DNA of 64,000 bases from an uncultured archaeon. GTDB lineage: Archaea; Thermoproteota; Nitrososphaeria; Nitrososphaerales; Gagatemarchaeaceae. The position numbers were made by a program, and so were the translations under genes. The number at the start of each line of letters is the position of its first letter. Position 1 is the stretch's first letter. This document shows positions 31,436 to 41,993 of this stretch, one piece after another. The stretch covers positions 1,696,001 to 1,760,000 of the forward strand of contig CAWCYD010000003.1 in assembly GCA_963799775.1 (NCBI GenBank), read 5' to 3'. The notes under the pieces were generated by a model. The model saw nothing but the letters and a program-made list of their open reading frames with translations, made no database searches and was not told the DNA's origin.

Positions 31436-33157
31436 CTAAGCGGTCTCCGTGAAATCCCAAATCCCAGAACCGAAACTGCATGAGCCAGTGCCAAGATTGC
31501 TTGACTCGCCGGTCGTGCTATACGTGGGACAAGTGTCTGGAATCAGAACGCCACTCGAGTCGTACATATTTCCATATATGGTCATACTGGTGCCCGAGTT
31601 CCAGACAGCTTCTGAGCCGCCCCCTGCTCCGAAGACATTGTACTCTTCTGATGTCCACTGATTAACTAGATTGTACCCAGAGGGGAACAGATTATCTGGT
31701 ATCGTGTTCTCCCAGCACTGCGAGCTGTCGCAAACATTCGCGAGATCAACATTACCGAGGCTCGAAACCCCCGCAGCGGCGGCGATGTAGAGAGAGCTGA
31801 AGTCTGACGGCGAGTTCGCTGGGGGAATCACTGTAGCCGGTGTGACATTCAACTTATATTCATAGGTGCCACAATTTCCGTTTCCAACTGAGGTCCAATC
31901 AGTTCCAAGGTTGCCGCAATTTCCTGAGCCGTAGTAATTCCCGTAGTTGATGACTTCGTCCTCTACATCGACGTATGCCGTACTTTCACCATAAATGCTC
32001 GTATAAACAAACTGCTCCCAACCGTAGCATGCGTTCATACCGGTTCCGCATATCCCCGAGATCAACCACCTATTGGAATTCAGTTGGATTGAATATGCGC
32101 AGTCTCCATATGTGTCGTCCTCTTCGCCAGTGCCTCCTGTGCAATCGTTGTTGATTCCACTTACTGTATCACCGCCTCCTGTTAGGAAGCTGTCCTCGGC
32201 GTGTGATATCAACGTTCCACTGCTTTCCTCTCCGGAGTAATCGCATGTTCCGGTGCTTGTCTCAGTGGCACAGCCACCGACCGGAGGACCAGGATTGTGA
32301 GGCCCGCCAAAGGGCTTGACACAAGCTTCTGCCTGCCACTTCACACTAGGATATGAAGCCTCGAAGCAACCCACCCCTCCCGCTCCAGTGGCGGCCACTT
32401 GATGCATCCAGATGTAGTTCGAACACTGCGACGCAATGTAGTTGGTATGCGTTGCTACCGAGCCGTCCTGGGTCATGACATCGCCAGTGATGTTCGCGCC
32501 GGTTCCCATCGTGATGCTGCCGACCGAGAGGATACTTCCCGCAAAATTGGTCTGCCTGCTCAGGGTAGCGGCGCCTCCGACCTGCCAGAAGACGTTGCAG
32601 CCGCTGCCACCGGTCATAATCACGGAGGAGCCACCCGAGGTGGTAAGCGAGCCCGCTACTTGGAAGATGAATAGGGCATTGACGTTGCCTTCAGGGTTGA
32701 GAGTGAGCGTCCCGCTCAGCGACGCCGCCGAAGAGTAGCAATAGACGCCCGGTGTGAGCGTGAGCCCTCCCAGGTTCTGGCCTGTCAGGTTTCCGGTGCA
32801 TGAATCGCTCGCAAGAGCGCTGTAGGCACTGGTGAGGTTGTCTTTGGCTTGAAGCGCGACTGAATCATCCTTGTATATGGTCCCCGTGACGACCCCAGGT
32901 GGAAATCCGACGACAACGGCGCTGGGATCGACTCCAAGGTTCCCGCTGATGTTGGAAGGGCCTGTATTGCTTACTGCCCCTGCAGAGAGAACCCCGAAGC
33001 CCGCTGCCATTCCTAGGCTAGGCGGCGACGATGGGCTCGTTGCTGCGGCGGGCGAAACATAACGCGTGAAAGAAGACAAAACAAGAATGACAACGATAAT
33101 GAGAGGTGAAATGTTCGTGCGCCGCCGACTCTCACCTTCCGAGGGTAACAGCTTCAA
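31436..33157 (-). CDS. Secreted DUF3494 ice-binding-like domain fused to a Cys-rich C-terminal domain
   Basis: FGVLSAGAVSNTG, LGGLTLTPGVY, FIFQV, NVFWQVG; then YSIQLNSN, GWEQFVY, EYNVFG, TGESSNL. Confidence 0.85.
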   Translation of the reverse strand: MKLLPSEGESRRRTNISPLIIVVILVLSSFTRYVSPAAATSPSSPPSLGMAAGFGVLSAGAVSNTGPSNISGNLGVDPSAVVVGFPPGVVTGTIYKDDSVALQAKDNLTSAYSALASDSCTGNLTGQNLGGLTLTPGVYCYSSAASLSGTLTLNPEGNVNALFIFQVAGSLTTSGGSSVIMTGGSGCNVFWQVGGAATLSRQTNFAGSILSVGSITMGTGANITGDVMTQDGSVATHTNYIASQCSNYIWMHQVAATGAGGVGCFEASYPSVKWQAEACVKPFGGPHNPGPPVGGCATETSTGTCDYSGEESSGTLISHAEDSFLTGGGDTVSGINNDCTGGTGEEDDTYGDCAYSIQLNSNRWLISGICGTGMNACYGWEQFVYTSIYGESTAYVDVEDEVINYGNYYGSGNCGNLGTDWTSVGNGNCGTYEYKLNVTPATVIPPANSPSDFSSLYIAAAAGVSSLGNVDLANVCDSSQCWENTIPDNLFPSGYNLVNQWTSEEYNVFGAGGGSEAVWNSGTSMTIYGNMYDSSGVLIPDTCPTYSTTGESSNLGTGSCSFGSGIWDFTETA

Positions 33158-33334
33158 CGCATATTAGACTTGGAACAAAATTGGGAAACCTAAATATAAA
33201 CATTGTACTATTCGCAACTTGTCGTCAATCCTTCTGGGTTTACGGGATTCATCCTTTTCACAGCAAGAACCGGGAAATTAGCGGATGCCTGGACAGGCCT
33301 AACTCGGGGCTCGTTGTTGCCTCCGTCAGACTCG

Positions 33335-34579
33335 TCAGGATTGCGGTCTAATCTGCGCCACCAACGATTTGATTTCGCTTCCATAGAGCACTGACAGCAC
33401 CGCGTATCCTACCTCCGCCTTGCGGTTGTACCCGAAGTCGACCCTCAGTTTCCTCGTCATCTGCTTCAGATGCCTTTGGATCTGGGAGTTGAGCCAAGAA
33501 TACCCATAATGCACCAGCAGTCGTGACTGGGCAATCGCCTTCCCGTCCCTGGTGAACAGGTCTTTCCCGCCTTTCGCAGGTTCCATTATCACGAAGTCGT
33601 CATGCCCAAATTTTCTTTGGAGAATCGTATACGCTATCTCTGAGCCAAGCCTTCCATGCTCGTAGTTGTTGCCATGCCTCAACATCGACTGCTCGAGAGG
33701 CCTGAGCGGCCCGATCCCCTCCACCAAGGGCAACCTATGCACACCATCGAGAAGGTATTTCTTTGGGCCTTCAGTGATCTCCCCTGAAGCATAGAGCGAG
33801 GACGGCTCCCTCTGGTAGATGACAGTGGTCGATGTGCCCTTGGTGTAGTTGTACACCAAGCGCAGCCTGAATCCATCGAACGAAAGATAGGCGACCCGGA
33901 AGAAGCACCGGGTTGCTACCTGCACCCCAAGCCACGCCCTCTTGTCTCCATCGTGGTAGAGCCGCATCAACCTGTCCATCGAGAACGCGTCCTTGACCCG
34001 GAATCCCGCGTAGATCGCGTCCGGCTGATATTCTAGGAGACCAAGCAGTTGTCCGTCCATAACGAACGGTGAGCCTTTGACCTCCGGCTCTTCCGCGATT
34101 GTCAAGGATACCTTATCCCCACTCCATTTCATCTCTATCTTCGCAAGGTTCGAGACCCAAGGTTTGGACATGTCGTTCGCGTATGTGATCGACGGGAAAC
34201 CGTCAAGAAAATCGGACAGAGTGTGTCTTCTCAAATCAATCGTGAAGACATCCCCCGGCTTGCCGATCCTCTTCGGCGCGGTCGGCACCCAGTTCTTGCC
34301 CCCGACGTAGCGGTGGAAGGCTATCGAGTCGGCCTCCTTGTAACTCACTTTCAGGAGCATGGGCTGGCCGACCTTGAACCCTGGCACCCTCGCCTCCAGG
34401 TGCGAAGCAGGGATGAACAACCGGCATGGCTTCTTCGTGCTGAGCAACAGCTGGTTCTCTGGGCTCAACTTCACCATGAGCTCGTTCCCTTCTCTATCGA
34501 GGCGCCGTTGGGAAATTATCTTGGAGAGAGATGTCGTCCCCCTCCTGAATTGGTCGACGGGTTGATGCATCTCTTTCAC
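33335..34579 (-). CDS. Hypothetical protein: AbrB-like N-terminal repeats + C-terminal restriction-endonuclease-fold domain
   Basis: HGRLGSEIA...GGKDL...AQSR; paralog of 42650-44053. Confidence 0.6.
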   Translation of the reverse strand: MKEMHQPVDQFRRGTTSLSKIISQRRLDREGNELMVKLSPENQLLLSTKKPCRLFIPASHLEARVPGFKVGQPMLLKVSYKEADSIAFHRYVGGKNWVPTAPKRIGKPGDVFTIDLRRHTLSDFLDGFPSITYANDMSKPWVSNLAKIEMKWSGDKVSLTIAEEPEVKGSPFVMDGQLLGLLEYQPDAIYAGFRVKDAFSMDRLMRLYHDGDKRAWLGVQVATRCFFRVAYLSFDGFRLRLVYNYTKGTSTTVIYQREPSSLYASGEITEGPKKYLLDGVHRLPLVEGIGPLRPLEQSMLRHGNNYEHGRLGSEIAYTILQRKFGHDDFVIMEPAKGGKDLFTRDGKAIAQSRLLVHYGYSWLNSQIQRHLKQMTRKLRVDFGYNRKAEVGYAVLSVLYGSEIKSLVAQIRPQS

Positions 34580-34990
34580 CCGTTGATCGGCTTCTCGCGC
34601 GTTCTCAGCTTGATTCGCAACTCCTCAGGGGACCGAGCGAAGAAGTCCGCCCTGCTGAGGGACCTTCCTCAGCGCAGTCGTCACTGAGTCCTGGTCCTCG
34701 TTGGGCGCCTCGACCAGAGAGCCGCATCTTATCCTCGGAAGCGTCCTCTTGAGGAGGCCGAACCTGTAGTCCATGAAGGCACCTCTCCTCCTCACCTCGG
34801 ACATGGCCTGGCCCTTCTTCTTCTCGCACCTCGTGCATTCCAAGACTATCCCGGCCCCGACGAAGACCAGGAAATCTACGGAGATCCTGTCCCCGTCAGG
34901 AAAACCGAAGACGTAGTGCTCCCGGGACGGAAGTCTCTCCTCCACCAGGACGTCCCTTACCTGCGCCTCCTGAGCCGTCAGGGGCGTCAT
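34576..34990 (-). CDS. Small Vsr/DUF559-like PD-(D/E)XK nuclease (frameshift near 34660; corrected stop overlaps the next GTG)
   Basis: T.QE..V...L...ISVDFLV....VLECT. Confidence 0.6.
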
Positions 34991-35013
34991 TGCATGAGTC
35001 CTTCTAAGCCACT

Positions 35014-35073
35014 CGATTGACGTTTGCCGCTACACCGTGGATATAGGTGCTGGGCGTATTTAAACACCCATAG
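35014..35073 (-). repeat. Conserved 60-nt palindromic element, copy A
   Basis: 53/60 identity by hand alignment to 42589-42647 in inverted orientation. Confidence 0.9.
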
Positions 35074-35213
35074 AACAAGGGTTTATTCTAGCTCGGATTG
35101 TCCAAAGGAGTCGAATTCTAGACATGCGGGGAACCGGTGATTAGAGCGTGGCGCTTATTTGGCCACCTCACGTATTGGGAGTGAGGTAGCCGGGCTCGAC
35201 AAAAGGGCTCATC

Positions 35214-37742
35214 ATGACGGCGCAGGGGTCGAAAGAAGACCTCTTGGCCAGGCTCGTTCACCCTGTCTTACCCGGACTGCAGCTCAATCGCATACTCTGC
35301 ATCTCGGATGACGAAGGTCTCAACTCTGAAATCAAGCAACAACTGAATGATTTCGGGTACAATCCCCGATTTGTTTCCTATTCTGGCCTGGGGACATTCG
35401 ATTCGAGGCTGGTACGCGGCAAGTCTATCGTGGCGATCTCCCCTACCGTGGCCATCAACGAGTCGCGCGCGAAGGGGATTGTGGATGGGGGCCTGGTAAG
35501 GCTGATGAGCGGCATGAACCTGCAGAGACATCCTAGTGTTTCGCGAGGTGGAGACGCCCTTTGTCATCAGTAGGGTCCAGTCCATCGAGCAACTTGTTCA
35601 TTGGATTTCTAAAGGAATTGATTCCCAGCCCGGGTTCTGGCTTGAAGAACTAGTATTGACACTCGTATACAAGAGGGGTTGCACTATGGTCGGAATACGG
35701 CGGCTCGTTGAAAATTCAGTCTGGGGACAACTCTTCCAAGACGATGGCAACTCAGTCGAGCAGGCCCGTGCAGAGCTCTTGCGGGAAGACCTGGTCACCG
35801 AAAAGAGCGGATACCTAGTTTGCAATGAGTTTGGACATGAGGTCGTTGAAGAAAACACTCCATTCGACACAGTCGATCGACCTGAGTCACGTGAACACCA
35901 TGAACCGGATGAATCGGATGGTCGAGAGGAATGGGGACCCGATGACGACTCCCGAGAGCGCAATTCCTACCTCACCGAAGTTGTGTTCGAAATCATAGAG
36001 AGATTTGGGTGGGTCACGCCAAACGACTTGGCCGCCGCTGCAGAGCGAGCCAGGGTGATGCCAGAGCGGTCGCTGGGAAAATCACGAAGGTTCCTGGAGA
36101 AGCTCGTCGCCAAAGGTGCTCTCGTCAAATCAAATTACAGCACCGGGAGGGGACGACCAAAGTCAGTCTATCGCGGGCGAGACTCGAGGACTGCAGATAT
36201 CTTGGAGAACACCTGCGGTGAGTGTGTCTTCTACTCCCGTGTTACGCGCCGATGCAGGCTGTGGTGGGCGCTATCGAGATTCAATGCGCCGGATGTCTAT
36301 GCAAGAGAGGAAGGATTGTCAACTGTCGCAAAAGACAAACTCCATCACTCCAACAAGAGGGTAGGTTCATTCAGCCACCTCCTGTGAAGAGTTCACGCCA
36401 AAGAAGAAAGACTATCCTCTGTTGAAGGCGCGTGACAAATGTGTTTCCTGCGGCCAAGAGATCGATTCACCCATCGCAAAGACCGTAAAATGCCCTACAT
36501 GCTTGACCGTGTACAAGCCTCTCGCCACGAAAATCCTCGTCCACTACGACTACGAACAGCTCTTCAAGAAACGTTACACAAAGTTAGCAGGCGTGCCGCC
36601 TCCCAGACAAGCACTAGTCCTGACCGAGCAAGAGGTTCATGGTAAGACGGACATCCGTGACACCATCGTTCTCTATCCCAATGAGAATGTTCGTCTTTCT
36701 GAGGAAGGCATGAAGGTGGAGCGAAGAGAGCACGAGTGGACCTTGGAGCCATACTCGAGGATCTACCAGGTAATCGACTATGGCTCGCTAGACGAGAAGG
36801 CTTGCTCGCAGCTTAGAGCCAAGGGGCTTCAGGTCGTGCAGACACATTTGCGGGAACTTCCGCAGCAACGCTTTCCCTTGTATCCATCCCGCGATTTCGT
36901 GGACAAACTACGCCTGCTAGAGCAAAAGTCACCCCTCAGAACAAGGCTCCTCGAGTCGATGATGCTCAGCACGGTCATCGCCACAAGGAGGATAGCGAGT
37001 CGCGGAGGTTCTCCACTCCAGGTCCATCATCAATCGCCAACTCCTCGAGTTCTCACGAATGAGAGCGGATAATGGGATGACACTGAGCAGGGCTCTTGCT
37101 TACGAGGCACGCGTCAACGCCTTCTACTGGAGCGTCTACAAGACGATGCTAAGGGTCTCTGGGCTCCAGTTCGAGAGCAGGGTGAGAGATAGGTTCGTTA
37201 GGGAGATTGTCTCCAGTATCCGGGCCAGAGCGAGGGGATACTCGCCCGCGAACGCAGCGATAAACTATCTGCATCAGAGGAGGCTGCTCTTGTGTCGACT
37301 AGCGAACGCTCGGACAGCTATAGGGTGGGTCGGCTGTGAAGGGGTTCTACATGTTGCGAAGAGAGAACCCAGCATAGGCCTGATGTTGGACCTTAGTGAT
37401 TCATTCCGGCTCGCCGACAGGGAGAGTTTCCTTAACTCCACTATGCGTATGGAGTTGTCAAGGGACGACTTCGTTGCTCGTCCGGGAAAGCACAGGGTCT
37501 GGTTCTTTCATCCGACGCAGGATGCGATTGGGAAGCTTGACTTGTGTGGGTCGAATGCGGATCAGTTTCGCGTTCAGCATGCAGGCAAAGAGATGGCTCT
37601 GACAGGAGCTTATGATCAGTTCGTGGCTTCTTTCGTAGACGCCGTGGACGCGATGGATTTAGAGCGCCTTCACACGTTCGTCTATGGAAATGCTGAGGAT
37701 TTGAAGTGGCTCGAGACGAAAGGCTTGGTTACCGTCTTGTGA
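35214..37742 (+). CDS. cas1: Solo Cas1 fusion of about 840 aa: Hel308-like WH + wHTH + two zinc fingers + Cas1 (frameshifts near 35525, 36370, 37020)
   Basis: Cas1 beta domain (IVLYP..VRL..GMKV..IYQVIDYG...L.AKGLQV) and alpha domain (YEAR...YW, F.SR, PANAAINY, G.LH, LDLSDSFR). Confidence 0.8.
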
Positions 37743-37942
37743 GTCGATCCACAGCCTCCCATGTTAACCAAGATGCGCCACTCTTTTGGAGTGTCTACAC
37801 CACCGCGGCCAAACGTTCCGGCCCGAGCCTCCTAGAGAATATAAAGAAATGGCCTGCGCGGGGTGGCTCTTCTACTCGCTAACTAGGTCGAGGTCAACAG
37901 CTCATCTATGCTTAAATTCGGTCCGAGCATTATCGTTATGCT

Positions 37943-38107
37943 ATGAGAGGCTCGGATCAGGACCATGAGGAAGATTTGGCCTTTGCGAGACAGAAGCTTG
38001 CACAACCAAAGCCTGAACTTGAAGCTTGGCTGAACGAGATAGTTGATGCCTGGATTTCTGGACGCAAGGGGAGAAGGTTGAACAAGAAACGTGTCAGGAA
38101 AGAGTGA
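37943..38107 (+). CDS. Micro-protein A1 (54 aa)
   Basis: Hand translation; homologous to 58639-58779. Confidence 0.65.
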   Translation: MRGSDQDHEEDLAFARQKLAQPKPELEAWLNEIVDAWISGRKGRRLNKKRVRKE

Positions 38108-38276
38108 CCGCTCATCGGTCCTGACCCTCGTTCAGGACTTGGAACCGGTTCTATTCAGGAGGGTTACGAGTGCAATGAGGCTTTCTCCCGAAACCCTCCC
38201 GGACGAGCTCTTGTTGCTAGAAAGCGTTATCGTGCTGAGAAGAGTGCTCGGTGGCACGGAGAGCTCTAGTCAGTAA
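38091..38276 (+). CDS. Micro-protein B1 (61 aa)
   Basis: Overlaps A1; homologous to 58776-58952. Confidence 0.65.
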   Translation: MSGKSDRSSVLTLVQDLEPVLFRRVTSAMRLSPETLPDELLLLESVIVLRRVLGGTESSSQ

Positions 38277-38293
38277 TCGGAGACGTTCCAGGT

Positions 38294-38767
38294 CTATTCG
38301 TTGGAGTAGCAGAAGTACGGGTATCCGCCGTTGACCTTCTGGACGGCCCACTCCACCACCTTGTCGGAGACCTCTCTCCACTTCCTGTCCCAGTCGATGT
38401 CGGCGACGACCAGCTCCTTCTCCTCCTTCCCCTGGACCTCCAGCTTCTCCCAGATTGGCGTGCCGTAGAACGGCTTCACTATCCTCGCGTTCCACTTGTT
38501 GCAAGTCGGTCTGGTGCCGTGCTGGTTGTAGAACTTGCAGGAGAGGCACCATTTCGAGAGCCAGATTATGTTCTTGGAGAACTTGACGGACTTGCCTATC
38601 TCCTCGAGGAGCCGCTCCGACTCCTTCCGGATCATCTGGGCGAGCTCGTCCTGCCCCTGCTTGGTGTTCATGTAGTACTCGGGGTCTTTGGCGAGAGCCT
38701 GCTGCCAAGTGAGCGGCTGCTCCTGTTGCTGCCTCTGCTGCTGCTCCTCGGGGTCGTCTTCGAGCAA
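38294..38767 (-). CDS. Conserved hypothetical protein, putative zinc-binding
   Basis: WCLSCKFY..C...YFCY; host codon usage. Confidence 0.7.
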   Translation of the reverse strand: MLEDDPEEQQQRQQQEQPLTWQQALAKDPEYYMNTKQGQDELAQMIRKESERLLEEIGKSVKFSKNIIWLSKWCLSCKFYNQHGTRPTCNKWNARIVKPFYGTPIWEKLEVQGKEEKELVVADIDWDRKWREVSDKVVEWAVQKVNGGYPYFCYSNE

Positions 38768-38890
38768 TTTTGCTGGGGAAAACCGACTCTCGGAGCTAAT
38801 TAACGATTTCAGATGAATCGTTCATCGGGTCGAATCATCTGGTTGGATTCTTCTCCGAAGACCCGATATATGCCCAACACTGAGCCAACG

Positions 38891-38975
38891 AAGGGAGACG
38901 CGTGGCGTGCTTCGACGGGCAACCTGGACTGGCGCAAGCCAGGATGAAGACGAAACTGCCACGCGTCGACCTTTG
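38891..38975 (+). ncRNA. Candidate structured small RNA
   Basis: 10-bp stem 38897-38906/38958-38967 enclosing two GCAA tetraloop hairpins. Confidence 0.5.
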
Positions 38976-38978
38976 CTT

Positions 38979-40200
38979 CTAGCCCCAGAGCAGGGCGGGC
39001 TCGGCTTGGCTGACCTCTCGCAGCTCTCTTACGACGCGGTCGCGTAGAGCTTCCACGTTCTCCATTTCGAGCACCAATTTGCCCTTGGCCATTATCTGCT
39101 TGAGCATGGGCCTGGAGCCCTTGGGCGCGCCCGACCCGCGGAACGACACTGTGTCCTTGTACCCGTTGGCTCTGTGCACGTCCTTCCTCCCTCCCAGGCC
39201 TCCCCTCTTCGCCCTGAGGTAGGTCTTCCCCTTCTCACGAACCTCCACTATCTTCGCGCTAAAGTCGATGCTCGGCGGGTACGCGACCGCCGTGCCTACT
39301 CCGAATCCGTCCACGATGTCCTTGAGCCGGATCACGTCTTCCTCTGTCAGTCTCCCGGAGACGAATATCTTAACGAACCCGCCGCCTCTGACCTTCAGTT
39401 CCCATTTCACCTCCTCGATGATCTGGCGGAAGTCCCCCCTCCTTGATGAGGGGGTGTCAATCCTCACGCCCCAGAGGTGCTTCCCAAGCGTCTCGAACGC
39501 CTTGATCGCTTCGGCCTTCTCGTCCCAGAACGTGTCGATAAGGGCAGTGCGCTTGACCTCCTTGGGCATGGTCTCGTCGTATAGCCTCCACGCTTTCTCC
39601 TGGTCGCCGATCACCTGCACCAGCGCGTGCGGCATCGTCCCAGAGGGTTCCACGCCTAGCAGCTTCCCTCCCAGCACATTGGAGACACCATCGAAACCCG
39701 CCAAGTAGCAGCCTCTCTCGATGAGAGGTGCGAGCGCGGGATGTACCCGCCTGGTCCCGAAGCTCACGACCTGCCTATCCCCGGCGGCGACCCTGAACCT
39801 GGCCGCTTTGGTGGAGATGCTGCTCGATGATGAGAGAAGGCCCAGCATGGGGTTCTCGTATTCGACGAAGTCTCGATATCTTCCTGAGATCGTTATCACG
39901 GGCTCGTAGAGCGAGCTCCGACCGTCGGCGACGAAGATCGACCCCTCGTCGAATGCCCAGACGTCGAGCGGCAGGCCTTCCAGAAGCTTTGCGACCTCGT
40001 AGACGCCGCTGAGGACGCCCCACCTCCCGTCCTCCGGCAGGTCCCCGCGCGAAGACCTCCATCACGACCTCCGAGTCGATGTGGTGCTTTGCAATGACCT
40101 CCTTCGTGTTGAGGAAGTAGATGTCGGTCGTCTTGGCGTTCTTTATCTCTCGCTCGTTCGCCAGCCAGAAGAGCCGGTCGCGGAGGGTCCTCTTCGCCAT
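38979..40200 (-). CDS. pncB: Nicotinate phosphoribosyltransferase (frameshift near 40040)
   Basis: TTDIYF, SFGTRRVHP, GTMPHAL, ALIDTF, GVRIDTP, GFGVGT. Confidence 0.92.
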
Positions 40201-40264
40201 GACGTGTGTGTCACCGGCCCTTAGAAAAACTATTTCAACTTCGACAGGCTGCGAAGCGAGCCTC

Positions 40265-41043
40265 TTGCTCTCTGCAGAACTCGACCTTTCGCACGCGAAA
40301 CGCGCCATCGTCTCCTTCATCAAACGAAAGGTCCAGGAGAGCGAAGCAGACGGCGCGGTGCTTGGTTTGAGCGGCGGGATTGACTCGGCGGTCACCGCGT
40401 ACCTCACCGTGGAGGCGTTGGGGAGCAGGCGGGTCAATGGCCTGATAATGCCGGACCTCAGGGCCACACCGGATCAAGACGTAAAGGACGCGAAGCTCGT
40501 GGCGAGCGAGCTGTGCGTCGAGACGAAGGAGATTGACATCGCTCCGATACACAAGGCGTACCTGAAGACGGTGGAGCCGAACAGGCTCGCAGAGGGCAAC
40601 CTGAGGGCGCGGATCAGGATGTCGCTCCTCTACTACCATGCGAACCTCTCGAACAGGTTGGTTACAGGCACGGGAGACCGCTCAGAGCTCCTGCTGGGTT
40701 ACTTCACGAAATTTGGCGACGGAGGTGTGGACATCCTCCCCCATCGCGGACCTCTACAAGACAGAGGTCAGGAGGCTGGGCGAGGTCATTGGGATTAACA
40801 GGCGGATAGTCGCAAAGCGCAGCAGCCCGAGGCTGTGGCCCGGGCACATCGCGGAGAACGAGATTGGGATGAGCTACGAGACAATCGACAGGCTCTTCAA
40901 GCTCAGGTTCGAGGAGGGGCTAGAGGTCCCCGGACATCGCAAAGAGCTTGAAGCTGAATCGCGCGAAGGTCGAGATGATTCTCGCAAAGTATGAGGCCTC
41001 AGAGCACAAGAGGCGCATGCCAGAAATCTGCAAGTTGCGCTGA
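40265..41043 (+). CDS. nadE: NH3-dependent NAD+ synthetase (frameshifts near 40740 and 40930)
   Basis: GLSGGIDS, GNLRARIRM, GYFTKFGDG, LYKTEV, SEHKR. Confidence 0.93.
40994..41043 (+). repeat. nadE 3'-end direct repeat, copy 1 (currently in the gene)
   Basis: 44/50 identical to 42219-42268. Confidence 0.9.
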
Positions 41044-41061
41044 CATAGTCCTGAATTTCGT

Positions 41062-41892
41062 CTACATAGTTTTCAGAAACCTTCTGATTCTTTTTACTGT
41101 GTCCCGCAAATTCTTGTCCGTGAGCGCCCTACCCGCTTCGATATCCGCGATGATGATTTTGTCCTCTTGGACAAACCTTCTTGCAGTTCGAACCAACTCG
41201 GGATGCCTGCTCCTCAGGTCGTGATATCTCTCTCCTCCTAGTTCCGGGAGGACGTAGAAGCCAAGCCCCATTATCGAGGGATTCGACCTCAATACCTTGA
41301 TGGGATTCTTCGCGGCCGCGTCGTTCAACGCCTTGAGACTCTTTGGGTCGAGCAAGCCAAGGTATCGACCCACAGAATGCTCTCCGTGATCCGCGTGGGT
41401 TATCTCAATCTTGCCGTGCTTTCTTGTCCTCACCGATGACCCTCCTGGGAAAGGGCGAACGTAGTGGAAAGCAACACCCAATTCTTGCGATATTCGGTTC
41501 TCATCCTCCTCGAGGAAATTGTTTCCGCCGTGGCCGCTCACTACGATGACCATCGATGCCTTGTTCCCCAGGTATCTCTGCTGCGCGAGGATCCCTCCAT
41601 TGATGTCTCCAATCAAGAGATTCACAAGCTCGTATCTTGGTATGCACCCCGGGTTCCAGTCCAAAGCGACCTCTCCAGCACGGTCGCCGGAGTAGGGGAG
41701 ATGGCCAATGTAAGTCAGCCCGAGTCTAATCGCTGCAGTTGTGGCTGTCATTATCGCTGCGTAGTCATCGATGTTGGAAGGGAGCGCCGGGCCGTGGTCC
41801 TCGTTTCCCGCACCGATCGAGAAGATGAGGGCGTGCCTGTTCTTCTCAGGGAATGACTCGCTCGCTCGCTTTCGTGCTGGTACGTCGGGCAT
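41062..41892 (-). CDS. Creatininase-family amidohydrolase (ArfB-like)
   Basis: EDHGPALP..ID, SGHGGN, HADHGEHS. Confidence 0.75.
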   Translation of the reverse strand: MPDVPARKRASESFPEKNRHALIFSIGAGNEDHGPALPSNIDDYAAIMTATTAAIRLGLTYIGHLPYSGDRAGEVALDWNPGCIPRYELVNLLIGDINGGILAQQRYLGNKASMVIVVSGHGGNNFLEEDENRISQELGVAFHYVRPFPGGSSVRTRKHGKIEITHADHGEHSVGRYLGLLDPKSLKALNDAAAKNPIKVLRSNPSIMGLGFYVLPELGGERYHDLRSRHPELVRTARRFVQEDKIIIADIEAGRALTDKNLRDTVKRIRRFLKTM

Positions 41893-41993
41893 TAGAAATA
41901 TCCAGAACCGAGGTTTGACTATAAGACTTGGGCTATCGTCTGGTGGTCAGAGTTATCATCGAGGCCCCTTCTCTTGTCAAAGGTGCGTCAAGG

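Noticed and set aside
33200-38300. CRISPR array or cas2 near the Cas1 fusion
   Set aside because: No regularly spaced repeats and no Cas2-like ORF were seen by eye. The palindromic element occurs only twice, 7.6 kb apart.
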